Assembly: GCA_026397205.1 (NCBI GenBank)
Contig: JAPLVH010000006.1
Coordinates: 13,392-77,391, forward strand
Length of the DNA: 64,000 bases
From: Candidatus Berkelbacteria bacterium
Lineage (GTDB): Bacteria; Patescibacteriota; UBA1384; XYA2-FULL-43-10; CAINNR01
Reading direction: 5' to 3'
In this document: piece after piece, positions 27,619 through 36,246 of the stretch
Layout of the letters: each line of letters begins with the position of its first letter
How positions within the stretch are numbered: the stretch's first letter is position 1
The notes under the pieces: model-generated
Told to the model about the DNA's origin: nothing
Database searches by the model: none
The model's input: the letters and a program-made list of their open reading frames with translations, nothing else
Program-made: the position numbers and the translations under genes

Positions 27619-27987
27619 ATGCCAGAAGCTCCAAGCCACAAAAGAAAATATGATCTCGAGGAAAGAACGGCGGCCTTTGGAGAAAATGTTATTCGACTTC
27701 TGAAGAAAATTGAAGATAACAGTATCACCAAGCCAATCAAAACCCAACTTACGAAATGCGCAACGAGTGTCGGAGCTAATTATTGTGAAGCTGATGACGC
27801 TGAAAATCCGCAAGATTTTAAACATAAAATCGGCATTTGCAAGAAAGAATCTAGGGAGTCGAAACACTTTCTTCGCATGCTGGCAGTCGCAACTCCCAAA
27901 CTGAAGGATGAGATTCCAATCCTCTGGCAAGAAGCCAAGGAATTAAACTTGATATTCAACACAATTTATCGCTCAGTGAAAAAATAG
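27619..27987 (+). CDS. Four-helix-bundle protein (23S IVS / bAvd-like family)
   Basis: YDLEERTAAF, QLTKCATSVGANYCEA, FKHKIGICKKESRES and EAKELNLIF motifs. Confidence 0.92.
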   Translation: MPEAPSHKRKYDLEERTAAFGENVIRLLKKIEDNSITKPIKTQLTKCATSVGANYCEADDAENPQDFKHKIGICKKESRESKHFLRMLAVATPKLKDEIPILWQEAKELNLIFNTIYRSVKK

Positions 27988-28021
27988 ATTTCTTTTTGGG
28001 GCTTTGGTTATTGGTATTTGT

Positions 28022-28059
28022 TTAGAATAATTAGTATAATTAGAACAATTAGAATAATT
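28022..28059. repeat. Right (inverted) 9-bp tandem arm
   Basis: TTAGAATAA TTAGTATAA TTAGAACAA TTAGAATAA is the reverse complement of the AATTATTCT-type units. Confidence 0.85.
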
Positions 28060-28070
28060 TGGAGGGTTCG

Positions 28071-29306
28071 GTGAAAAGGATTATTTCAATTCTTGTGATA
28101 TCGGCGATGCTCGTAATCTTTCTGCCAACCTCAACCCTGGCGGCTGGCGGCGTTTATGCAACAGGCGGCGGCGCGAAAACCGTCGGTGATTCTTTTACCG
28201 TCACGGTGGCGGCATCGGGCGCGACTTTTAACGCTCTCGAGGGCACGATCTCTGTTTCCGGACCAGTTTCGATTACCAGCTTTTCCGCCGGCGGCGCGAC
28301 CTGGACCTCGGTACCGGCGAACGGAACACATTTTGTCGGGATGATAATTCCGGCAACAACATCCCTAACAGTTGCAACAATTCGCCTGAAAGCGGCTGGA
28401 GTCGGCTCGGGCGCGGTTTCAATTTCTTCGGTTCGATTGGCAAATGCCGGCTCGGAGGTTGGCTCTGGCGCCGGATCTGCCAGTTTTTCAATCGCCAAAG
28501 CGCCACAACTGGCTAGTGTGACAGTGACTTCATCGTCTCACCCCGATCAAGCAACGGCCTATGACACAACAACGATCGCTCTCGCTTGGAACAAAGCTAG
28601 CGGCGTTGACGGTTTTTCCTATCTTTTAGACCAAGCGGCGGCGACAACACCGGCGGCAAAAATTATTGATGCCGCCACCAGTGCGACACACGCTAATAAA
28701 GCAATCGGAATTTACTACTTCCATATTCGCGCTCACAACACCGATGGCTGGGGGCCGACGACGCACTTCGAAATTCAGATCAAAGCGCCGGACGCTAAAG
28801 TTGACACAACACTTCCCCAACCAACAAATATCAAAATTGAAAAGTCGGATAATTTTGTCAATGATATTGAAAAAGGCACAATTTCCGGCCTGAAAATTTC
28901 CGGCGTCACCGTTCCGGCCTACACGGCAAAAATTACCTTGACTCCGGTGGTTACGATTCCCGACGGCAAAGTTTTAACCGCGGTTGCTGGTGATGATGGC
29001 AGTTTTGAAATTTTGATTGATTGGGCAATTCCCGCCGGCCGATATTCGCTGACTGTTCAAGGGCAGAAAGATCTGTCACTGACACCGGTTTCCGACCCGA
29101 CGATTTTTGAAATCTCGCAGGCCAAAGGCGGCGCCATCAACATTTTGACCGACGCCGACAGCAACCCGCCGACAATTTCCTCGGCGGTTAAATCAGCGAC
29201 ACGAAATTGGAAACTAATCAGCGAAATCGCCGGCGGTGTTTTAATCTTGTTTTTGATCGGACTTTTGATTTATCTCCGCCGCCGCAAATCCCGAAGAACT
29301 ATTTAA
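28071..29306 (+). CDS. Surface protein with cohesin-like and Ig/FN3-like domains and a C-terminal TM anchor
   Basis: GGAGGG SD plus GTG; signal peptide; VGDSFTVTV...NALEGTIS cohesin-like strands; YYFHIRA..GWG; TM plus RRRK tail. Confidence 0.7.
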   Translation: MKRIISILVISAMLVIFLPTSTLAAGGVYATGGGAKTVGDSFTVTVAASGATFNALEGTISVSGPVSITSFSAGGATWTSVPANGTHFVGMIIPATTSLTVATIRLKAAGVGSGAVSISSVRLANAGSEVGSGAGSASFSIAKAPQLASVTVTSSSHPDQATAYDTTTIALAWNKASGVDGFSYLLDQAAATTPAAKIIDAATSATHANKAIGIYYFHIRAHNTDGWGPTTHFEIQIKAPDAKVDTTLPQPTNIKIEKSDNFVNDIEKGTISGLKISGVTVPAYTAKITLTPVVTIPDGKVLTAVAGDDGSFEILIDWAIPAGRYSLTVQGQKDLSLTPVSDPTIFEISQAKGGAINILTDADSNPPTISSAVKSATRNWKLISEIAGGVLILFLIGLLIYLRRRKSRRTI

Positions 29307-29497
29307 TTTATTGTTCGAGAAGGAACGATCTACGAAGTAAACCTGTGGTCGAGAACTCTTTGACTACTATATATAGTATATACCGCCACGCTTGTCAAGC
29401 GCTGATGATTTTGCTAAAATCAGAGATATTAAATCTACTATCTCGGATCACCGACGGATTTTACCCTGTGGGCGGGGATGAAAGCTAAATTAAAAAA

Positions 29498-30337
29498 ATG
29501 AAAAACGCTCTGGCAGAAAAAACTTTTGTCGTTGTTGTCACCTTTAATCCGGAGGTTGATCTTTTGAAAAAAAACTTGCGGGCGATTTCCAGTCAGTTTG
29601 CTAATATTTTGATTGTTGACAACGATTCAAAAAACATCGCCGAGATCGAAAAGTTGGCGGCGCGGCTGAATGTCAAAATCGAAAAGTTGGCGGAAAATTT
29701 CGGTATCGCCAAAGCCCAAAATGTCGGGCTGGCGGTGGCAAGCCGGAAAAAATTTGGTTGGCTCCTGACGATGGACCAGGACAGCATAATTCCAAAAAAT
29801 TTGTCGGCAGAGTATCAAAAAGTTTTGGAGTCGCACGATAATGTCGGTTTGATCGGCTGGAATCAACAACCGAGAAAAAATGATCCAGAAGTGAAAGATA
29901 GTTGGTGGATTATTAGTTCCGGTTGCCTATACAAAATTTCAGTGCTGGAGGAGTGCGGCAAATTCGACACTAAATTGTTTATTGATCACGTTGATGATGA
30001 CATAAACATTAGAGTTAGAAATTTAGGATACAAAACTTTAATAACCAAAAAAGTTGATTTGCATCATCAGTTGGGGACAAGAACCCTACACAAAACAATC
30101 CGTGGCGCAGTATATTTTGCCCATAATCCTGTTAGGGTTTATTATATTGTCAGAAATGGAGTGGTAATTTTCAAGAGATACTTCTTTTCCCAACCTCTTT
30201 GGATGATGTATGAAATAAAAAATAATATTCGCGAAGGAATTTACTTGCTCTTATATCAACCGAACAAATTCAAAAACTTTTTTCTGTTGCTCCGCGCCTG
30301 GTTCGACGGACTAACAAATCGGCTGGGGAAATATTAG
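29498..30337 (+). CDS. GT2 rhamnosyltransferase-like protein
   Basis: VVVTFNP, IVDNDS, NFGIAKAQNVG, MDQDS, ISSG and FIDHVD motifs. Confidence 0.9.
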   Translation: MKNALAEKTFVVVVTFNPEVDLLKKNLRAISSQFANILIVDNDSKNIAEIEKLAARLNVKIEKLAENFGIAKAQNVGLAVASRKKFGWLLTMDQDSIIPKNLSAEYQKVLESHDNVGLIGWNQQPRKNDPEVKDSWWIISSGCLYKISVLEECGKFDTKLFIDHVDDDINIRVRNLGYKTLITKKVDLHHQLGTRTLHKTIRGAVYFAHNPVRVYYIVRNGVVIFKRYFFSQPLWMMYEIKNNIREGIYLLLYQPNKFKNFFLLLRAWFDGLTNRLGKY

Positions 30338-30370
30338 GTCTAAAATTTTGAGTTTAGCGCTTTATTAGCG

Positions 30371-30400
30371 CAACATCGGCGATGGCATTTTCACCGGAGA
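30371..30400. repeat. Direct repeat copy (relic 3' end of the gene at 31098)
   Basis: 28/30 nt identical to 31115-31144. Confidence 0.85.
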
Positions 30401-31095
30401 GACCACTCTTCTTGAAGTGTTAAGATCACATAACTTTCTACCCTACCACTAACCACATCACAGTCAAAACCCAGAGATCGAAAATATTCCTGATATTCCA
30501 CTTCCGTTGCCTTCTCAATTTCTTTGACAGTTGACGATGGAATTCTTGGATTTTTGTGGCCGAAATCGATGATGATTTTCCCATCCTTTTTTAAAATTCT
30601 TTTGTACTCCCGAATTATTCGCTCAATCTGGTTTCCTCCAACTTCCGAGATATGAAATAACGCACCCATTCTCTCATGAATTATGTCTGCACTTCCGTCA
30701 GCAACTGGCATATTACGCGAATCGCAAGCAATTGCAAAGTAAGAGACATGTTTTAACTCGATTTTTGAATTCTCAACAACAGCATTTTTAGTATCTCCAA
30801 CTGTTTTCAAGGCAAAATCAGTCGCAATAATAGTTTGACTCGGCGGATTTTCTTCGGCGTCAAGAATTTCGTCGATCTTTTCTGCGACGCCAACCGCTTT
30901 TTCTCCCCTGCTGACGGATGACATAATAAAAACCAAACTTTCGTTTTTCATTCGCTCGACTATCCCCGACGATAAAAGCACAAGTATGACATCACTTACC
31001 GTGTCCTCAATCGAAGTTTCGATCCCATTTTCAGTATCCGAATACGGCGACTCGCCGTAATATTCTTGCCAGTCCTGAATTAATTTTTCCGACAT
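30391..31095 (-). CDS. Divergent class I SAM-methyltransferase-like protein
   Basis: ACDSRNMPVADGSADII and EYKRILKKDGKIII motifs; motif I is degenerate. Confidence 0.6.
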   Translation of the reverse strand: MSEKLIQDWQEYYGESPYSDTENGIETSIEDTVSDVILVLLSSGIVERMKNESLVFIMSSVSRGEKAVGVAEKIDEILDAEENPPSQTIIATDFALKTVGDTKNAVVENSKIELKHVSYFAIACDSRNMPVADGSADIIHERMGALFHISEVGGNQIERIIREYKRILKKDGKIIIDFGHKNPRIPSSTVKEIEKATEVEYQEYFRSLGFDCDVVSGRVESYVILTLQEEWSLR

Positions 31096-31097
31096 GA

Positions 31098-33293
31098 TTA
31101 TCTCCTTGTTAAAACAACATCAGCAATGGCATTTTCACCGGAGACATTGGTGATTGTGACGCTATCGCCTTTTTTAATGCTGATTTTTCCCAGATCTTTC
31201 CGGGCAAACTTTTCCTCGCCCAAATTTTTTTGGATTTCATATTTGGAATTAGAAATTTGTAATTTGAAATTACCTGCTGTTCCGCCGTCCCCGTCCAAAT
31301 ATCTCACCTGCAAGTCATAGTCGCCCGTCTCGGTGATTTTTCCGCCCAATGTTGAGCCAGCTGCATCGGTGTAAATAAAATCCTGCCCGAGGTTGGCAAA
31401 GAGCAATTTCCGCCAGAAAAAATATCTGCCACGAGTCCAACCATCTTTGTAATTCGAAAATTCCGTCGCCCAGTCAGACAACGGTAGAAATGTCATCGAC
31501 GAATCATCCTTGAATTTTTGGATATTTGGATTTTCTCCTGTTTCATTTGAAATTTGTAATTTGTCATTTGAAATTTTATAGATGAATATTCTATTCCCAA
31601 ATTGACGATCGAGATACAATCCTTTTTTATTTTCCGCCAATGTTTTCATGTCGTCGTTCATCCACTTGTCACGAATCGTCAAATTTTTTTCACCAAGAAT
31701 TCCGCTGACTTGGTAGTATTTCGATCCCATGTCAGCGCGAACAATGGCACAATCAACACCGGCTGATTGCAAAAGTGCCGCGGTTTCTCCGTTATCATTC
31801 GGCTCTAAAAAATGCGAGGTAATTTTGTTTCTTTCGTACATCTGACTCGACGGCAAAACTAGTTGCGACGAATCCTCGGTTAAGTACGGAATGCCAAGAG
31901 CCAAGGCAATCAAATCAGAGTTGGCGGCGGCTGGCGAATTGTCATTTAAAAAATAATTGAAATCCAAACTCGGCGGATAGTAAACTTTCTGGCAATAATT
32001 CTTGTTCGATTGGAAAAAATTCGCTGCTTGATTGTATTCCTCCGGAATTTGCTGAAGCGGCAAAAAACCGGCGTAGTTGAAGCTGAAATAGGGCCAAATT
32101 ATCGCCAGCGTCAAGAAAAAAGTGATGGCGATGACCGCGACTCGACCGATTTTGCCGGAAATTTTTGAGACGATGGTATTAGCGCCAAAAACAAATAATG
32201 AGATCAGCGAAAACGCCAGCAGAAATTCGAAGTGATAGGTTTCCCGAAACACCGCCAGCAGTGAAAAGTGATTGAAAACAAAGGTGTAAAAACCAGTGAA
32301 AAATTTTGTCGGCCCGATGGTGAAAGGTAAAATCAATAGTGATGAGACAATGAGCGCCAAAACCAAATGGCGATTTTTGTGGTCAAAAATCGCCAAGAAA
32401 GCAATCAGATAAATCAAACCGAAAGCCAAAAGTATAACCGGCAATTTCGACAAGGGATAAAAATAATCTATCGTAATGTGGTGGTCGGAAAGCATCAAGA
32501 CATTTCGAAGTGAATGCGGCAGGTCAGCAATAAATTTAAGCGTTACCGCCTGGCCGGCTGAGCCGGTGGTCGTTGCCGTCCGGCTTGCGAGACCGATAAT
32601 AACCCAGGGTGAATTGGCAACGATCATCGCCAGCGCAAGTTTTGAGAGATTGATGATTTTGCCGACGATGATTTTTCGTTTCGGCCAAACGAAAACTTCG
32701 ACGATCAGGAAAAAAATCGTCAGAACTCCAGCCTGAATTTGAGAAATTATCAGAGAAAGTAAAAAAGCCAAATATAAATATCGGCAAAATGATTTTTTCC
32801 GTTCGTTAAAATAGCCGTCGAGAAAAAACGGCAAAGCGGCAGCAGCAATAAGCGAAAATTCAAAACCGACGATCGTCCGAATGAAAATGTATGGCGAAAG
32901 TCCGTAGGCCAGCCCAACAAAAAATGCTATTAATTTGGAACCTGATCGGCGCGAAGTGAAAAGATAAAAACCGTAAGCGGCAAAAACCGAGGTCAAAGGA
33001 ATGAAAATTTTGAAAGCAATTCCCGGTGTGATATGTAAAAGTCCAAAAAAACCGAGCAAAACTGTCGCATATTTGCCGAAAGCCGAGACGACGCCGAAAT
33101 TGGTTTGGCTAAAAAGTTGTCTCCAGACCTCGCTCGAATTGAAAATCGGCCAACTCCAATCGTATTTGAAGGGAATTCCCGGTTGGCGAATCGCCGGTAA
33201 TATTATTGCCACGATGATTGGGGCACAAAGAAAAAACAACCGGTGCCGGCCTAAAAACTGCCAGAAAATTGTCGAGAACTTTTTTTTTGTCAT
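31098..33293 (-). CDS. Multi-TM GT-C-like membrane protein (AftD/YfhO-like)
   Basis: About 13 TM helices with AYGLSPY and FRETYHF motifs, plus an extracellular C-terminal domain. Confidence 0.65.
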   Translation of the reverse strand: MTKKKFSTIFWQFLGRHRLFFLCAPIIVAIILPAIRQPGIPFKYDWSWPIFNSSEVWRQLFSQTNFGVVSAFGKYATVLLGFFGLLHITPGIAFKIFIPLTSVFAAYGFYLFTSRRSGSKLIAFFVGLAYGLSPYIFIRTIVGFEFSLIAAAALPFFLDGYFNERKKSFCRYLYLAFLLSLIISQIQAGVLTIFFLIVEVFVWPKRKIIVGKIINLSKLALAMIVANSPWVIIGLASRTATTTGSAGQAVTLKFIADLPHSLRNVLMLSDHHITIDYFYPLSKLPVILLAFGLIYLIAFLAIFDHKNRHLVLALIVSSLLILPFTIGPTKFFTGFYTFVFNHFSLLAVFRETYHFEFLLAFSLISLFVFGANTIVSKISGKIGRVAVIAITFFLTLAIIWPYFSFNYAGFLPLQQIPEEYNQAANFFQSNKNYCQKVYYPPSLDFNYFLNDNSPAAANSDLIALALGIPYLTEDSSQLVLPSSQMYERNKITSHFLEPNDNGETAALLQSAGVDCAIVRADMGSKYYQVSGILGEKNLTIRDKWMNDDMKTLAENKKGLYLDRQFGNRIFIYKISNDKLQISNETGENPNIQKFKDDSSMTFLPLSDWATEFSNYKDGWTRGRYFFWRKLLFANLGQDFIYTDAAGSTLGGKITETGDYDLQVRYLDGDGGTAGNFKLQISNSKYEIQKNLGEEKFARKDLGKISIKKGDSVTITNVSGENAIADVVLTRR

Positions 33294-33315
33294 CTTGAGC
33301 GAAGTCGAAAGATCT
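33289..33315. repeat. REP-like half element GTCATCTTGAGCGAAGTCGAAAGATCT
   Basis: Reverse-complement relative of the AGATCCTTCGACAAGCTCAGGATGAC insert inside mnmA (8450-8475). Confidence 0.7.
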
Positions 33316-33558
33316 TATCCAGAATAGTCTTATTGTTCGAGCAATCTAGTGAGAACTATTTTCCCTCGACTATCAACTGCCGACTGTCAACTATTTACTA
33401 TTTTTATTCTATCAATTCCTCCGCATAAAAAAAAGCCCCGGCAGAAGCCAGGCATATTAGATTAATCGCAAAAAGCAAAAATTTTTTATCAATTTCATTC
33501 GATCGAATTTTTTCGATTATTGATTAATTTTAGCCCGAGATTACAGCTTTGTCAAACC

Positions 33559-34608
33559 TCAAAAAAACTTTTTCACAAAAGCCAAAATTCCCTGTTTCCA
33601 GGGCGCCCGGTGAGAAACACCGCTCTTGCCTTCAATATTATTCAAATTCGCCAAATACCATTTGTAATTCCGAAGTAGTGCGTTTTTGTTGGAAAATTGT
33701 GGCCGAAACCCGAGAACTTTTTTTGCTTTGTTAATTGAAACCGATGAATCGGTGGCCGCGGTTTCGTAAACCCATTTATAAAGCGGGGAAAGGTGAAGTT
33801 TTTCCAAAAAACGCAATATCAAAATCATCGGTCTGGCGGGAAAGGTTTTAATTTTTTTGCCGAAACCGGCGGCGTCAAGAACGGATTGATAATCTTCGCG
33901 CATTGTGGTAAATTCTTCGGCGGCGATGTTGAAAGTGTCGTCAACTTTTTTTGATGATAGAGTCAGACAAAGAAAGATCGCTTGGCACAAATCTTCGACA
34001 TCTAATAATTGATAGCGATTTTTGCCATTGCCGATCAGCGGAAAGCCGTGTCCGGATCTCGCCCAGTCGTAAAACATGGCAAAAACTCCGAGTCGCTCCG
34101 GGCCGATGAAAGATTTCGGTCGGATTATTGGGATAACCAAATCACGACGACGAAATTTTAGGCACTCCTTTTCGGCGGCGATTTTTGCTTCGCCATATGG
34201 GCCGACGCCGACTAATTTGTCGTTTTCGACCAAAGGATGATGATCAGGAATACCGTAAACCGCGGTTGACGATATCATAACTACCCGCTTGATTTTATTC
34301 TTCACCGCCGCGCTTAAAACATTTCTGGTACCAAGGACATCGGTCGAAAAAATATCTTTCTTACTATATAAAGGCAAAGCCGCTGCTGTGTGGACAATCA
34401 GGTCGCAACCAGCCATCGCCCGTTCCAGCTCCTTGTGATTGCGGATATCGCCGTAAATTGCCCGAACCTGAAACTTCTCCGGATAATCAAACGGCGCCAA
34501 ATCGTAAGTGATGATTTCATAACCCGAAGCCAAAAGATAGCGGACCAAATTGATGCCCAGGAATCCGCTTCCGCCGGTGATAAAAATTTTTCGCTTTACT
34601 TTGGACAT
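33559..34608 (-). CDS. NAD-dependent epimerase/dehydratase
   Basis: ITGGSGFLG, SSTAVYG and YGEAK motifs. Confidence 0.92.
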   Translation of the reverse strand: MSKVKRKIFITGGSGFLGINLVRYLLASGYEIITYDLAPFDYPEKFQVRAIYGDIRNHKELERAMAGCDLIVHTAAALPLYSKKDIFSTDVLGTRNVLSAAVKNKIKRVVMISSTAVYGIPDHHPLVENDKLVGVGPYGEAKIAAEKECLKFRRRDLVIPIIRPKSFIGPERLGVFAMFYDWARSGHGFPLIGNGKNRYQLLDVEDLCQAIFLCLTLSSKKVDDTFNIAAEEFTTMREDYQSVLDAAGFGKKIKTFPARPMILILRFLEKLHLSPLYKWVYETAATDSSVSINKAKKVLGFRPQFSNKNALLRNYKWYLANLNNIEGKSGVSHRAPWKQGILAFVKKFF

Positions 34609-36245
34609 AATTTTCTTTTGATTTTTAGAATTTTAGACCATGTTTGAATCAAAATTCCCGATTTTTGACCGAAAATTTCGACCGATTTGAGCGACTTCTT
34701 CAACTCCGATTTAGTTTTGAAATCGTCCAGAATATTCAGCGATCTTGGCAATTCGATTTTTAGGTGCGCATCGCCAGCGACAATTTTTGGTTTGTGGTAT
34801 TTTTCCGCCAGATTTTCGGCGAAATTATTGGCTGACTGAAAAAGATTCCGCGAGTTAAAAATCTCGACAATGTCAATTTGGTTGATGATCTTTTCCGACA
34901 ACTCCCGATTGATCGCCGACCTACGAACTGTGTCGCCCGGGTGCGGCAGGCAAACCAGTCCACCCTGGCGCTTGATCTCCTCAATCGCCTCCGCCAGTAG
35001 TGTAAATTTAGCAATTTTCTTCTCTAAAAACAAACCGATAATTTCGCCCTCCGGCGTTCGAATCTCCTCGCCGATTATCACCAGCGGATTTCCGGCGGCA
35101 ATTTTTTTGACTGCCAACGCGCCGGCAATTTCGTTGTGGTCGCAAATTGCGACGATGGTAATTTTATTTTCCCGACAATATCCGACGATATCTTCCGGCG
35201 TCAATCGGCCATCAGATGAAAAATTAGTATGAACATGAAACAGCATTTTGACTTTTCCGACTGCCGACTGCCGACTGCCTCTTGCGCTAGCTGACTCTGT
35301 GGGGACTGCCGACTTTTTGCCAAATCTCCTTTCGGCAACCAATAAAAAAAATGTTCCGACAATGACGGCAAACCAGAGCGTCACCGCCCGAATCAGAATC
35401 GTTGCAAAAGCCGCCGTGCCTGAGTTGATTGACAAAAATTTCAGTAAACCGGCGATTGAACCATCGGTGACTCCAAGACCGGCCGGAAGCATCATAACCG
35501 CACCGATAATCGTCGAGAAACAGTAAACGAAAAAACCGGCGAAAACGCTGATATTTAATTTTAGAAGAACGAGAATTAAATAAAAATCTAGCGCCTCAAA
35601 TGACCAGGCGATAATCGAAACAAAAAAGGGAAAAATAATCCTTTTGGGCAGAAGCAAATTGTAAGAGGTTTCATAGAGATCCATAATTCGATTTGCGTGT
35701 TTCGAAACAAATTTTATTTTGGTTAAAAACCTAAAAAACGTTAACCCGACCGGCCTGATCAAAATCACTAAAATAACTGCCACGATCAAGAAAAATATTA
35801 TCCAGATGACATTTTTTCCATATGAAAAACCGTAGGCGCCGATTGCAGAAATTGTCAGAAAAGCCATCAGGTCCGCCAACCGGTCGGCAAAAACAATCGG
35901 CGCGGTTCGCGACACCGGAACATTAAATCCGGTCTTCAAAAAATAGGATTTAACCACTTCGCCGAGTTTTCCCGGCGTGATAGTTAACGATAGGCCGGAG
36001 ATAAAAATGATAAACGAGTCAATCGGCGGAATTTTTATCCTTAAAATTTTCAGATAGTATTGCCATTTGATAAACCGAACAAGATAATTTGAAAAAGCAA
36101 TGACAAGTAGCAGTGGCAAATACCTCCAATTAAAACCGGTAAATGCCTGCAGAAGACCGTTCTTGACTCCCCAAGCCGCCAAAATCAGGTAGACGACAAC
36201 CGCAAGCGCCAAACTGTAAATAATCTTTCTGGAAATATTTTTCAT
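34596..36245 (-). CDS. UPF0104/LPG-synthase-TM flippase-like domain fused to a PHP domain
   Basis: RFIKW, TPGKLGEVVK, DRLAD and PAGLGVTD motifs, then HVHTNFSSDG, CDHN, GEE, HP and GDAH. Confidence 0.85.
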   Translation of the reverse strand: MKNISRKIIYSLALAVVVYLILAAWGVKNGLLQAFTGFNWRYLPLLLVIAFSNYLVRFIKWQYYLKILRIKIPPIDSFIIFISGLSLTITPGKLGEVVKSYFLKTGFNVPVSRTAPIVFADRLADLMAFLTISAIGAYGFSYGKNVIWIIFFLIVAVILVILIRPVGLTFFRFLTKIKFVSKHANRIMDLYETSYNLLLPKRIIFPFFVSIIAWSFEALDFYLILVLLKLNISVFAGFFVYCFSTIIGAVMMLPAGLGVTDGSIAGLLKFLSINSGTAAFATILIRAVTLWFAVIVGTFFLLVAERRFGKKSAVPTESASARGSRQSAVGKVKMLFHVHTNFSSDGRLTPEDIVGYCRENKITIVAICDHNEIAGALAVKKIAAGNPLVIIGEEIRTPEGEIIGLFLEKKIAKFTLLAEAIEEIKRQGGLVCLPHPGDTVRRSAINRELSEKIINQIDIVEIFNSRNLFQSANNFAENLAEKYHKPKIVAGDAHLKIELPRSLNILDDFKTKSELKKSLKSVEIFGQKSGILIQTWSKILKIKRKLCPK

Positions 36246-36246
36246 C

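Noticed and set aside
27619-27987. Diversity-generating retroelement (Avd-like gene)
   Set aside because: No reverse transcriptase and no TR/VR pair with adenine-specific mismatches seen in the window.
29455-29486. IS200/IS605-like end (CCCTGTGGGCGGGGATGAA)
   Set aside because: Single short match with no tnpA/tnpB or partner end nearby.
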